Numbered from the stretch's first letter, positions 38,216-48,276 are shown. The stretch is DNA of 64,000 nucleotides from Planktothrix sp. GU0601_MAG3 (GCA_035193785.1 CP136572.1:1568001-1632000); one strand, 5' to 3'. The notes: generated by a model from the letters alone, not told the origin. Numbers and translations: made by a program.

Positions 38216-38394
38216 ACTAAAGCAATAATACAAGCAATAAAGTCACTTGATCTAGCCTACCGCAAGCAGGGACAGTGCCAAGGGTTTGGAGCAGAAACAG
38301 TAACCATCTTTAACACTTGGACTGCACTGATGCCAACCCACAGGTAATTCAGCCCAAATAAAAAAAACGCCATAGAGCTTTCTGGAAAAAGAGT

Positions 38395-38433
38395 TTGACA
38401 AATAAATGTAAAATATGTATATTGTGTTATACA
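38395..38433 (+). promoter_or_regulatory. Sigma70-type promoter with an overlapping palindromic operator
   Basis: TTGACA (38395-38400), N17, TATATT (38418-38423); TGTATA-N6-TATACA at 38416-38433. Confidence 0.7.
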
Positions 38434-38479
38434 AGCTGATAAGGTAAAATAAGTATGAAGTAACTAAGAGGCAAAGAAT

Positions 38480-38881
38480 GTGAATTCATTCAAGCAACTT
38501 CCTCTGTCTGAACTTAGAGCGAGTCTGCCTAAGTTTAAGCGTCAAGTTCAATTAGGTATGAAACGTATTGCTGCAACTTATTATGGAGAAGTAGTAGGCT
38601 TTTTAGTACCGCTAAAAGATATAGCCGGACTTGAAGAAGATGGTTGGATTACCAAGACGGAGGAAATGTCACTCACAGACTTTAGGGCAGGAATGACAGA
38701 ATGTTGGGAAAGACTACAATTAGAAGTAGACTGCATCTATTTAACATTTCACACTCGTCGCGCAGCAGCTTTTGTCAGTCCTCGGTTAATGCCACATCTT
38801 CCCATACCCATCTCTGATGTTGCTTATAAACTCTTGGATGTTGATAGCGAAATTGTGGAACATAAAAACTCATCAATCTAA
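38480..38881 (+). CDS. Protein with two tandem Phd/YefM-like domains (putative)
   Basis: LPLSELRASL...IAATYYGEVVGFLVP and MSLTDFRAGM...IYLTFHTRRAAAFVSP. Confidence 0.6.
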   Translation: MNSFKQLPLSELRASLPKFKRQVQLGMKRIAATYYGEVVGFLVPLKDIAGLEEDGWITKTEEMSLTDFRAGMTECWERLQLEVDCIYLTFHTRRAAAFVSPRLMPHLPIPISDVAYKLLDVDSEIVEHKNSSI

Positions 38882-38900
38882 TATGTAGGAGCCTAAAATC

Positions 38901-39770
38901 ATGTTTGAAATAGATTTTGTAGATAATTCTTTAAAAGAAAAATTTGCAAATTTAGAAAATCATTTTCCTCGAGAAGTTTGCAGTGAAATCTCATCTTTTT
39001 TAGAGGTACTGAGAAGAGATGGAGATTTGTCGCACTCAGATTGTATGAAAGGATTCGGAAAACCAATAACTAAAATTTCAGCTAAAACATTTGAACTTCA
39101 GTATCAAGGTAATTTTAAAACTAAAGTTCTAAAAATTTTAGATATCAAAGTAAAATCTCTTGACTTACTTAAAACCAGATTTACAATTCAGGATTTCTTG
39201 AGCGATAAAGATTTAATTGAGTGTATTCCACAATACGACAATCCAGACAAGATTATTAAAGCAATAGAATTGATTAATCAAGGTGTGGAAGATGCTTATC
39301 AGTTAGGATTAAAGTTAAAACATAAAGGGAAAACCGAGAAGTATATTGCTCGTCATGGACAATATGCTCATTCAACTTTAGAAGAACTCAAGCTAATTAA
39401 AAGAACAAGAAAAGGGAGAAAACTAATACCAGAAGTTACAGAAAAAGGAAAGTTAATTGCTAATGCTCCAGATCAGGATACAAAAAAAAGACTTTTAATT
39501 GAAGCAATGCTAAATTATCAACCAGTTTGGAAAGTAATTGGAGAAGTAACAGAAGCACAACAACCACTAACAGATGAACTTGTGAAAGAATTAGTATTTC
39601 CTGAAGCTGATCATGGTTCAAATACCAGTGACCGTAGAGCGCAAACTATTAAAAATTGGGTGAAGTGGATTTCTAAGTTTACAGGGATTCCAATTCATCT
39701 ACCTGGTCAAGAATTACAACTGACTATTCCTGGTTTATACAGTCAGGAAAATACAGATTTCTATGATTAG
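38901..39770 (+). CDS. Putative RelE/ParE-like N-terminal domain fused to a winged-helix-like C-terminal domain
   Basis: AGGAG RBS; secondary-structure pattern of residues 1-85; C-terminal IPQYDN, RHGQY, VTEKGK and RRAQTIKNWVKWI. Confidence 0.55.
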   Translation: MFEIDFVDNSLKEKFANLENHFPREVCSEISSFLEVLRRDGDLSHSDCMKGFGKPITKISAKTFELQYQGNFKTKVLKILDIKVKSLDLLKTRFTIQDFLSDKDLIECIPQYDNPDKIIKAIELINQGVEDAYQLGLKLKHKGKTEKYIARHGQYAHSTLEELKLIKRTRKGRKLIPEVTEKGKLIANAPDQDTKKRLLIEAMLNYQPVWKVIGEVTEAQQPLTDELVKELVFPEADHGSNTSDRRAQTIKNWVKWISKFTGIPIHLPGQELQLTIPGLYSQENTDFYD

Positions 39771-39823
39771 AAACCTAAGTTGATCAGGGAGTGTATTGCA
39801 TGGTCTCCCTGTCCTTATTTAAC

Positions 39824-39874
39824 TAAACCTGTTTTAACAGGTTTCAGCTTTTAGCCTGAAATTGATTTCAAGGC
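39824..39874. repeat. REP-like doublet of palindromes
   Basis: AAACCTGTTTTAACAGGTTT followed by GCCTGAAATTGATTTCAAGGC. Confidence 0.6.
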
Positions 39875-39928
39875 AGATGATTCATATTGCTCAAAAAACA
39901 TATCCAACTAAGTTGGACAGGAGATTCT

Positions 39929-40468
39929 ATGTCTCAATTATACCAATTTTCTCAAAATCTTGCAATCGGTAAACAAGGAGAATGGCAAATGATTAGATTT
40001 TTTATATGGTTAGGTTTTACTCAAGTTGAATTAGAAGATGTCTATCAGTACCAACTCGAAAGACAAAGACAAGGTTATCCGTTAATCGTTGATGTTTCTG
40101 ATCGTCCCGATTATCAGGAACAAGAAATTGATTTACTATTATATTATTATCCTGATAAATGTCCGATTTCAGTTGAGGTTAAAAAACAGCCTTCAGCACT
40201 AAAATACGGGAATTTATTCTTTCAAATTACAAACCATCGAGGTGATCCAGGGTGGGGTGATAAATCGAATGCTCATTATTTTGCATTTATTGTTCCTGAT
40301 TCAGAAATCCTATTAGTCAAACGTTCAAAACTTTCCGCATTAACACGAAAACATCAATTTCAATTGAAAACAATGGATAATGGAGAGGAAGGATTATTGA
40401 TTCCTGTTTCTGAAGTTCGGAATATTTGCGATCGCGATAAAATCATCCCTATTCCTAAATTAGCCTAA
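39929..40468 (+). CDS. PD-(D/E)xK nuclease-like protein
   Basis: GKQGE, EIDLLL, VEVKK and GNLFFQ; AGGAG RBS before ATG 39929. Confidence 0.65.
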   Translation: MSQLYQFSQNLAIGKQGEWQMIRFFIWLGFTQVELEDVYQYQLERQRQGYPLIVDVSDRPDYQEQEIDLLLYYYPDKCPISVEVKKQPSALKYGNLFFQITNHRGDPGWGDKSNAHYFAFIVPDSEILLVKRSKLSALTRKHQFQLKTMDNGEEGLLIPVSEVRNICDRDKIIPIPKLA

Positions 40469-40496
40469 CAGGACTTACGCAAAACAACCATATCTA

Positions 40497-40524
40497 GTAG
40501 GGGCGAACGGCCGTTCGCCCCCAC
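40497..40524. repeat. GTAG-type REP palindrome
   Basis: GTAGGGGCGAACGGCCGTTCGCCCCCAC. Confidence 0.8.
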
Positions 40525-40593
40525 AGGGTTTAGATTGTTAGCGAAAATTTACAGTAATAAAAAATTAGGAGCTTAAAATTAATGCAAAAACAG

Positions 40594-40950
40594 TTATAAA
40601 AGAGTTATAATAAAACTAATAATTAATAACCCTAAAACAACGACCCAAATAATATTCTGTTGTAGCCAAATTCTGAAGGCAACAGATAAATTTTTCTGAG
40701 ATTTAATTGGATCAGAAATTAACGGTTCAGAAAGATTTTGATAGAGAGTACATTCCTGAGCCAAAGGACGTTGGGGAAAGTTGCAAGTATCATCCTCGTG
40801 ATAGAGACAGGTTTCACAGAGATATTCCTTCCCCGTCGAACGATAGAGGGGAATGCCGGGATGTCCAAAGGCTTTAAGTTGAGCTTGACAATGGGGACAA
40901 CTCAGAGCCCGAGAATCAATCAGTTGGTGACACCGGGGACAATGGGACAT
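40594..40950 (-). CDS. Zinc-ribbon protein with a C-terminal TM helix
   Basis: Several CxxC pairs, LKAFGHPGIPL and a hydrophobic C-terminus. Confidence 0.8.
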   Translation of the reverse strand: MSHCPRCHQLIDSRALSCPHCQAQLKAFGHPGIPLYRSTGKEYLCETCLYHEDDTCNFPQRPLAQECTLYQNLSEPLISDPIKSQKNLSVAFRIWLQQNIIWVVVLGLLIISFIITLL

Positions 40951-41084
40951 TTTGAAGATTTAAACCGGGACAAATCGAATCGGCGAATTGGCGAAAAATA
41001 CCACAAAATAGAAAATGTGAGTCAGTTTAAACATAAAGCCTAGCTTTATATTTGCACTTTAGCAGCCTAATCAGGTGAGAAACA

Positions 41085-41412
41085 ATGGATAACCAAAATA
41101 ACTTACTCCGACAACTGTTGATGATTGGAATTGGGACAACCTCCCTAGTGGCGGAAAAATTGCAGGAAGCCACCGATCAGTGGGTCAAAGACGGGACGAT
41201 GAATACAGACCAAGCCAAAAAGTTTGTCGATGACATGATGCAGGGTCTCAAACTCGATCAAACCAGTTTAGAAGACCTGATGCAGCGCCAATTCCGCAAT
41301 TTAATGCAGGATGTGGGGGTTCCCCGTCAGTCGGAACTTGATGAGTTACGCGGACGCCTCGACCGCCTAGAAACGTCAGGTCAGAGACTTGGAAAATCGT
41401 CTTTGGCGTTAA
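41085..41412 (+). CDS. Phasin-like protein (apparent frameshift at 41370-41374)
   Basis: LLMIGIGTTSLVAEKL; repaired C-terminus reads RLDRLERQVRDLENRLWR. Confidence 0.75.
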
Positions 41413-41502
41413 AAAGTCCCCAAATAATGTCAAACTTGAATCTTGGGTTTTCCCTGAAACAACTGTCCTAAAGGTACATGATTAGATGCAGGAGGATGAA
41501 TT

Positions 41503-42069
41503 TTGCGAGAAATTCTAATTAGCTTAGGGATGATTATTGTTTGTACGGTTGTATTAGTTGTAGCTCAAATTACAACCTCGATACAACAGGCGAAAGCGGT
41601 TAATCAAAGCACCCCGATTTCAGTGCAACAAACGGTAGCAACCTCTAGTAGTCCTTTGTTCGCACCCGATGTGGTTGCCAATGCTCAAACTCTTATTGCT
41701 CAAAATATGACGAATTCAGAAGAAACAGTAATTACAACTGACTCCGGTTTACAGTATGTGGATTTAACTGTAGGTAGCGGTGACTCTCCTACTAAGGGTG
41801 AAAAAGTTACGGTTCACTATACGGGAACTTTAACCGATGGGACAAAATTTGATAGTTCTCGCGATCGCGGAAAACCTTTTCAATTCAATATTGGTATGAG
41901 TCAAGTAATTAAAGGTTGGGATGAAGGCGTGATCACCATGAAACCAGGCGGACGCCGCAAGTTAATTATTCCACCGGAATTAGGGTATGGTTCTCGCGGT
42001 GCGGGTGGTGTAATTCCTCCGAATGCAACATTAATTTTTGATGTGGAACTACTGTCAAAACCAGGTTGA
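41503..42069 (+). CDS. FKBP-type peptidyl-prolyl cis-trans isomerase
   Basis: [26 protein letters not shown] and [13 protein letters not shown] motifs. Confidence 0.96.
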   Translation: MREILISLGMIIVCTVVLVVAQITTSIQQAKAVNQSTPISVQQTVATSSSPLFAPDVVANAQTLIAQNMTNSEETVITTDSGLQYVDLTVGSGDSPTKGEKVTVHYTGTLTDGTKFDSSRDRGKPFQFNIGMSQVIKGWDEGVITMKPGGRRKLIIPPELGYGSRGAGGVIPPNATLIFDVELLSKPG

Positions 42070-42105
42070 TTATTTCATCCTTAAAGGTTAAATACAAGCT
42101 CCCAA

Positions 42106-42149
42106 AAACCGGGTTTCTAGTTGTTTATAGATGAAGAAACCCGGTTTCT
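42106..42149. terminator. Inverted repeat between the convergent FKBP gene and dnaB
   Basis: AAACCGGGTTTCT...AGAAACCCGGTTT. Confidence 0.65.
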
Positions 42150-42159
42150 GTGTATGAAT

Positions 42160-44998
42160 TTAGCTAGAACGAGGATTGGCTAAATTTCTAAATTTAGTAA
42201 ATTGTGGGTCAAATAATAGTTTAATGGTTCCTGTGGGGCCATTCCGATGTTTAGCCATAATAATTTCGGTAATTCCTCGGTCTGGGGTATCAGGATTATA
42301 ATAGTCGTCTCGATAAATCATCATCACTAAATCCGCATCTTGTTCGATCGATCCAGATTCTCTTAAATCCGATAACATCGGCCGTTTATTAGTGCGAGAT
42401 TCAACGCTACGACTTAACTGGGATAGGGCAATTACAGGTACACTTAATTCTCTAGCTAATCCTTTTAATGACCGGGTAATTCTCGATAATTCTTGCACTC
42501 GATTATCACTAGCCCCTTCCATTAATTGTAAATAATCTATTAAAATTAACCCTAATACCCCCCCATTTTCGGCTTGCAATCTTCGAGCTTTGGAACGCAT
42601 TTCGGTGACGGTAATATTCGGGGTATCATCAATAAAAATGGGTAGTTCTGCTAAGGAAACTAATTGCCATGGTTAAAGGTTCCCATTCCGATTGACTAAT
42701 TCTACCGGAACGAATGCGGTTACTTTCTATTTTTGCTTCACTTGATAATAGTCTTTGGACTAATTGCCCCTTCGACATTTCTAAACTAAAAACCGCAATG
42801 GGGAGTTTTTGCCCCTTAGCAATATTATGTCCTAAACCGACCGCAAAACTGGTATTATGAACACAAATATCATTAGCCACAAAATTATGAGTTTCAGGAA
42901 TAGTTAAGTCATAAACTTGTTTTTCCCCCATAAATTCAATTGAGACAATTTCATCCCAATAAATCTCACTGGTTGCTAACTGTTGCAAGGGTAAATGATC
43001 TAAAGCAGTGGCTAAACTCCAGAGTCTTTCCCGTGATAGTTGCCGTTTACCAACATGAATATTACTATAGCCTGGAATCCCGGCTCTTTTTGCCAAACTT
43101 TGCCAAGATTCATCTCCTTTAATCGTTGTAATTTCTTGCCAAATTTCTATGGGAATCAAATCTCGATTGGTTTGATAGCGTTTATCCATTAACGCATTTT
43201 CTATTTTTATAAGGGTTTCTTCTTTACTAAAAATCCCAATTTCCGAGATAAAGGTTTTAATGGATAAAGCATCAGTAATATCCAGTTGCCAAGCCGTTCG
43301 TATTGATTGTTTGTATTTGATAGAACGCTTTTTTAAGGTGGCAATAATGCCAAATCGTAATAATAAGTGTTGAACTTGTCGGGCTAATTCTTCACTAACA
43401 CTGGCATAACCAAGTTGACATTGACCACTGGCTAAAATGGTTGCCCAACCATCTGTTGCAAATAGACGATTTAGAAATAAAGCAATTTGCGATCGCTCTA
43501 ATTTAAAGATAATTTCAGGAATTGTTTTTTGATGGGAGTTTTTCCCCCATAAACCAATTTTTTCTAACCAAACTACTAATGAATTTTTACTATTTTTTTG
43601 AATTGTTTCTATCCCATCAGGAACAAGAATCTCAGCATCAACGTTTAATAAATTGCATAACTGTTCAAACAATTCTAATTTCGGAACAGATTTGCCATTA
43701 ATCCAGGCATCAACTGAAGATACACTAACCCCTAGACTTTGAGCTATTTTCAGTCTTGACATTCCTTGAGATTCAGCAATTTCTTTTAGAGTTTTAGCAA
43801 AAATCTGTCTATTATGAGCAACTAATTTTAAGTCTTTGACTGCGTTTAAAGATAATGCACGGGTTCCATTAGAATTATCAATTCTAACTTTAAGACCAGT
43901 AAAGTTTTGCACAGATTCTATAAAATCCTGTTGAATTTTATAATTATTATTCGTTAAAACGGCATTGCTATTGGTCAACCCTCCATCTCCGAGTAAATAA
44001 CCTAAAATTTTAACTTGATATTCGGGTAATTTTTCCGATCCAAAACTATTAAATTGACGAGGAACAGCAATTTTATCTCCTGGTTGAAGTTCTGCTAATG
44101 GTCGCCATCCTTGAATGGTTAAAAAGGGATGGGTGAGGGTTGATTCTACAAAACGCCCTAGTTTTGTGGTTACTCTAAATACGGGTTTAATTCCATCATC
44201 AATAAAGTCAGAAGGTTCAGTAATTTTAAATTTCCAATTATTTCCTAACGTTAAAATTTGAGCTTTTTGACGATTATAAATATCTTCAATCGTCACAATA
44301 CTGCCATCCGATAAAACAATTTTACTATCAAAACTTAAACATTTTCCCATGGACGGTCTACCCGCAATAATAATTAAATCTGACCGTTGAAAACCGCCTG
44401 TCAGGGCATCTAAATCATAAAATCCGCAGGGAATACCGGGTAAAGAAATCCCCTCATTGCGGTCTTCAATTTCTTGGAAGGTATCAATTAAAGTTTCGCC
44501 AATAGAAACTAAATCCTGTTGGGGTCGAACTTGGGAAATATTAAATATTTGTTGTTCGGCTTTATCGAGAACGGTTTCTAAATCTTGGCTGGTATCATAA
44601 GCTAATTCAATAATATTATGTCCCCCGGTAATCAGACTGCGACGAATTTTTTTATCTAAAATTAATAAGCCATATTGATCAATATTAACCGCCGAAACCG
44701 TGCGATCTACCAGTTGAGTTAATTTTAATTGTCCCCCCACTTGTTCGAGTAAATTTTGATCCGCTAACCAAGTAGCCACAGTCATTAAATCCGTGGGTTT
44801 TCCTTGGAAATGCAGGGTTAAAGTTGCCCGATAAATAATTTGATGGGATTTGAGGGCAAAGGATTCTGGTTGTAATAATTCTGCCACCCGACTAATGGCT
44901 TCTGGATCAAGGAGAATCCCCCCTAAAATGGCTTCCTCTGCTTCTATATTTTGGGGGGGAAGGCGATCGCTAATACTGGAAAATTGAGGTTCATTCAT
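42160..44998 (-). CDS. dnaB: Replicative DNA helicase DnaB with an intein (apparent frameshift at 42656-42660)
   Basis: [20 protein letters not shown]|intein|[26 protein letters not shown] and KHRNGPTG. Confidence 0.96.
42854..44341 (-). mobile_element. Intein (496 aa) with a LAGLIDADG homing endonuclease, inserted in the DnaB Walker A motif
   Basis: Starts CLSFDSKI; block [17 protein letters not shown] and RLFATDGW motifs; ends [21 protein letters not shown] before Thr. Confidence 0.95.
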
Positions 44999-45074
44999 CG
45001 GATGAGTTAGTTAATAAGCCGATTACATCGTTTTATGTTAAACTCTATTATAGAATGATCATTGATTTTAAACA

Positions 45075-45308
45075 ATGCTTATGGAATCTATTAAAGGAAT
45101 TGTCAGAAATTGGGTGATTTATCCCATCCAACCGATATCTTATCCTGATAACTATTCTGTGATTATTACTTTTTTAGAATCAGAAAAACAGGGGCAATTA
45201 GTTGATATTTCTTCTGAAGATTATCAAACAGCTTGGGATACCTTAGAGTTGGCGTTAAATGAAAAATCAATAAACCAGATATCGACAGATCCGCAATCCA
45301 CGATATGA
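45075..45308 (+). CDS. Small antitoxin-like protein, possibly decayed
   Basis: SIKGIVRN..IYPIQPI..P...VIITFLE pattern; no adjacent toxin gene. Confidence 0.4.
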   Translation: MLMESIKGIVRNWVIYPIQPISYPDNYSVIITFLESEKQGQLVDISSEDYQTAWDTLELALNEKSINQISTDPQSTI

Positions 45309-45343
45309 TCATAAACTCATTTTTGACATTTAGGGATGATTGA

Positions 45344-46459
45344 TTATTCTTCACTGGTGGAAATAGAATTTAAAATAGTATCAATTTCTGTCTGAACTTT
45401 ATCAATTTGTGAACGCAGTTGATCTAAAGATTGTTTTTCAGCTTGCCATTGTTGAGGAATTTCTTGCTCATATCTATTTTGTTTTTCTAATAAATCATCG
45501 TAAAATGTTAAATGAAGCATTAGAGTTGATAGAGCCAAATCAAAACACTCGTCTAACCGTGGTAACAGGCTACTTTCTATAAAGAAAAGGACTGTATTTG
45601 AAAAGTCATCAAATCGATCTCTTTTAACAACTAAAAAACTATCTTTATAAAAGGAATCCCAACTTGGTTTTATTAAATTCGCCAAAGAATTAGAAATAGC
45701 TACTTTGGCATTAAAAAATAAATTTAATCTATAATGATCACAGTTTATTTGAAACAATAAACTATTTTTGTATTTGCTTGGTAAATAACTAAAATGAGAG
45801 TCTAACTGATGGATTTTAAATATAGAGAAATCTTGACCCAGTAGTTCCAAATTATGATGAATCGCTAGAATGATTTGACGGTTTTGATCAATTAATTCTC
45901 TTTCTAAACCCTTGATTAAACCATCTTTATCTGATAAGCCTGCCTCTTGTTTGGGTTTACCAGTATTTCTTTCAGTAAACCACTGTTTTTTAAGTTCTGT
46001 AACTCGATTCGTCCATGACTCTCTAAGGTATTTAATCACTTCTGTTTTGCATTTTTTTCTTAAATTACGAATGCGTATATCTACATTACTAATTTGTGCG
46101 ATCTGTTCCCAAATTTCATCCTTGGGGATAGATAAAATTCCAGCTTTACTATTCCAGACTTCTTCAGCCTGATCTAAATCCTGATAACAATTTTTTAGTA
46201 ATTGTTCTAATTTAACAGCAGACCGTCTCATTTCATCCGTACAGAGTTGAATTGATTGGCTTAAATCGGTTGCTGACTGTTTTAACTCTAAGGATTGATC
46301 ATCATTAGAATGGATTAGTGTAACCGCTTGATTCAGAGCAAGAAAGGCTTTTAGAGATTCATTCATCACATTTAATTCCTGGAACAATATTTTTTTTCCC
46401 ATCAGAGACAGCTTTGAATAGATATCACTGATATAATTAATTATACTAACTTCTGACAC
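45344..46459 (-). CDS. Helical/coiled-coil hypothetical protein
   Basis: 371-aa ORF; the true start may be downstream (MNESLK). Confidence 0.7.
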   Translation of the reverse strand: MSEVSIINYISDIYSKLSLMGKKILFQELNVMNESLKAFLALNQAVTLIHSNDDQSLELKQSATDLSQSIQLCTDEMRRSAVKLEQLLKNCYQDLDQAEEVWNSKAGILSIPKDEIWEQIAQISNVDIRIRNLRKKCKTEVIKYLRESWTNRVTELKKQWFTERNTGKPKQEAGLSDKDGLIKGLERELIDQNRQIILAIHHNLELLGQDFSIFKIHQLDSHFSYLPSKYKNSLLFQINCDHYRLNLFFNAKVAISNSLANLIKPSWDSFYKDSFLVVKRDRFDDFSNTVLFFIESSLLPRLDECFDLALSTLMLHLTFYDDLLEKQNRYEQEIPQQWQAEKQSLDQLRSQIDKVQTEIDTILNSISTSEE

Positions 46460-46475
46460 TCAGGTTAACTTAGTT

Positions 46476-47717
46476 ATGGAATCTCAAGATTTAGCGTCTT
46501 TGTTAAAGTTCGTCGGTCTTGCCTTAGATGTAGCAACTCCCTTTGCATCTGCTGTTCCTGGTCTCGGAACGGTATTAATTATCTCAAAAATTGCGGTCAG
46601 AACCTATCAAGGGAAGGTAGAATCTGACAATCTTGATCAAGACTTAGACTATCTGAAAAAGGGCATGGATAGCTTACAGGAAAAGGCTAGTATATTAGAA
46701 TCAGCAACAGCAACCCTAGGAGTCGGTGTGGCTTTACTGGGAATACTTTCCGCACAAAATTTACAGCAAACTCGCAAATTAGATCGACAATTAGATCAAG
46801 TTCAGTTAGGGCTTGAAAAAGGATTCACAGATTTAAAATTAATTATTAATAGTCAAGGCGATGAAATTTTAAAAACGATCAATCAAGTGAGTCAAGAAAT
46901 CCAACAAGAAATACACCGCGTTCAGTTTATTAAGGCTTATGGAATCTTTCAATCAGTTCATAATAATCAACTCCCATCGGCTTTAATCACACAAAATTCT
47001 AAGGATAGAAATGATAAATTAAACTTTATTTGGAATAATTTACAAAATTGTTTAGCTATTTATAATAATAAAGAACTGATTTCTTGCCCTTCAATTTCGG
47101 GAAAATTAAAGCGATTAGAATGTGCTTGGGCGATTGAGCAAACCTTAGCTTTAATTGATATTTTAAAAAATGATTTTGATGCCTGTATTTTTCAGTTAAA
47201 TCACCTGAGAGAAAAAATTATCAAAGATTGCCTATTCTTAACAGAATCCTGTCAATCGGAAGCAGAAATTGACTTTATATTTCCTACAATTCACTCTATT
47301 ATTAATCAAGATATACCTTTAATTGATTTCTGGAAGAATAATCTAAAAGTTATACAAAATTTATCGGTTGAGGATCAGGAAAAATTAGCCAATTTAGATG
47401 TAACGGATATTGTTAGTTTAAATGAATCTCAAGAATCTAACGCTTTACAACAACTATCCTCGTTTGAAGTTTATCAGGAATTAAAAGAAAAATCTCATTT
47501 TGTTTCCCTGAAAGATCAACTCAAATTTTTAATTAAACCGGAATTACGCTCTGAGTATGAATCTTATATTACCCACAAAGCGATCGCTCTGGATTTTAAA
47601 GGATTAGCCTTAACCAACTGGAAAGAAGTTCCTGATTTAACGGTTGCTAATCTCTATTATTTTTTCAAAGAGAAAAAGTTTCTGGATCTCGAAAACCGTC
47701 TAAAGTTCCCGATTTAA
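46476..47717 (+). CDS. Helical hypothetical protein with N-terminal hydrophobic segments
   Basis: 413-aa ORF with two Gly/Ala-rich hydrophobic stretches followed by coiled coil. Confidence 0.7.
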   Translation: MESQDLASLLKFVGLALDVATPFASAVPGLGTVLIISKIAVRTYQGKVESDNLDQDLDYLKKGMDSLQEKASILESATATLGVGVALLGILSAQNLQQTRKLDRQLDQVQLGLEKGFTDLKLIINSQGDEILKTINQVSQEIQQEIHRVQFIKAYGIFQSVHNNQLPSALITQNSKDRNDKLNFIWNNLQNCLAIYNNKELISCPSISGKLKRLECAWAIEQTLALIDILKNDFDACIFQLNHLREKIIKDCLFLTESCQSEAEIDFIFPTIHSIINQDIPLIDFWKNNLKVIQNLSVEDQEKLANLDVTDIVSLNESQESNALQQLSSFEVYQELKEKSHFVSLKDQLKFLIKPELRSEYESYITHKAIALDFKGLALTNWKEVPDLTVANLYYFFKEKKFLDLENRLKFPI

Positions 47718-47816
47718 CGGTTGCTAATCTTTATTATTATTTCAAAGCACAAGAATAAAAATAAGCCCTGAACTCCAGTTCGGGCTTAGGGAAAACACCA
47801 TTGAAATTGATGAAAT

Positions 47817-48276
47817 TTACAGGGAAACCACTTCAACTTCCACATCCGCCGTCACGTCAGAATGTAACTTAATATGGGCTTTATAGGTTCCTAATTTACT
47901 GATACTAGGGAGAGTAATTTCCCGACGATCAACTTCTTGACCCGTTGCTTGTTGAATCAATTCCGCTAATTCTTTTTCGGTAACGGTTTCCAAAAATTGC
48001 GTTTTCTTCCCCAACTTGTTTGGCAATTTTGAACAGGCCCACCGCTTCCATGGCTTTTTTCTGAGCTTCGGCCTGTTGTTTTAGTTCCAGTTGCCGTTGA
48101 CGTTCTTCTTCCCGACGCCGTTCTACCTGTCTGAGAATCCCAGGGGTGGCCCGAACTGCTATACTCTGGGGGAGCAAATAGTTACGAGCATAACCTGGGG
48201 CGACTTCTACGAGATCGCCATTTTTTCCCAGTTTAATCACATCTTTGGTCAGAACAACTTGAGTACGCTTTGCCAT
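47817..48276 (-). CDS. rplI: 50S ribosomal protein L9 (apparent frameshift at 47986-47990)
   Basis: [21 protein letters not shown]; repaired junction reads AIFGTVT. Confidence 0.96.

Noticed and set aside
38416..38433. NtcA binding site
   Set aside because: The GTA...TAC spacing is 10, not 8.
47626..47747. DGR template/variable repeat pair
   Set aside because: Only 45 bp long, the mismatches are not confined to adenines of one copy, and there is no reverse transcriptase in the window.
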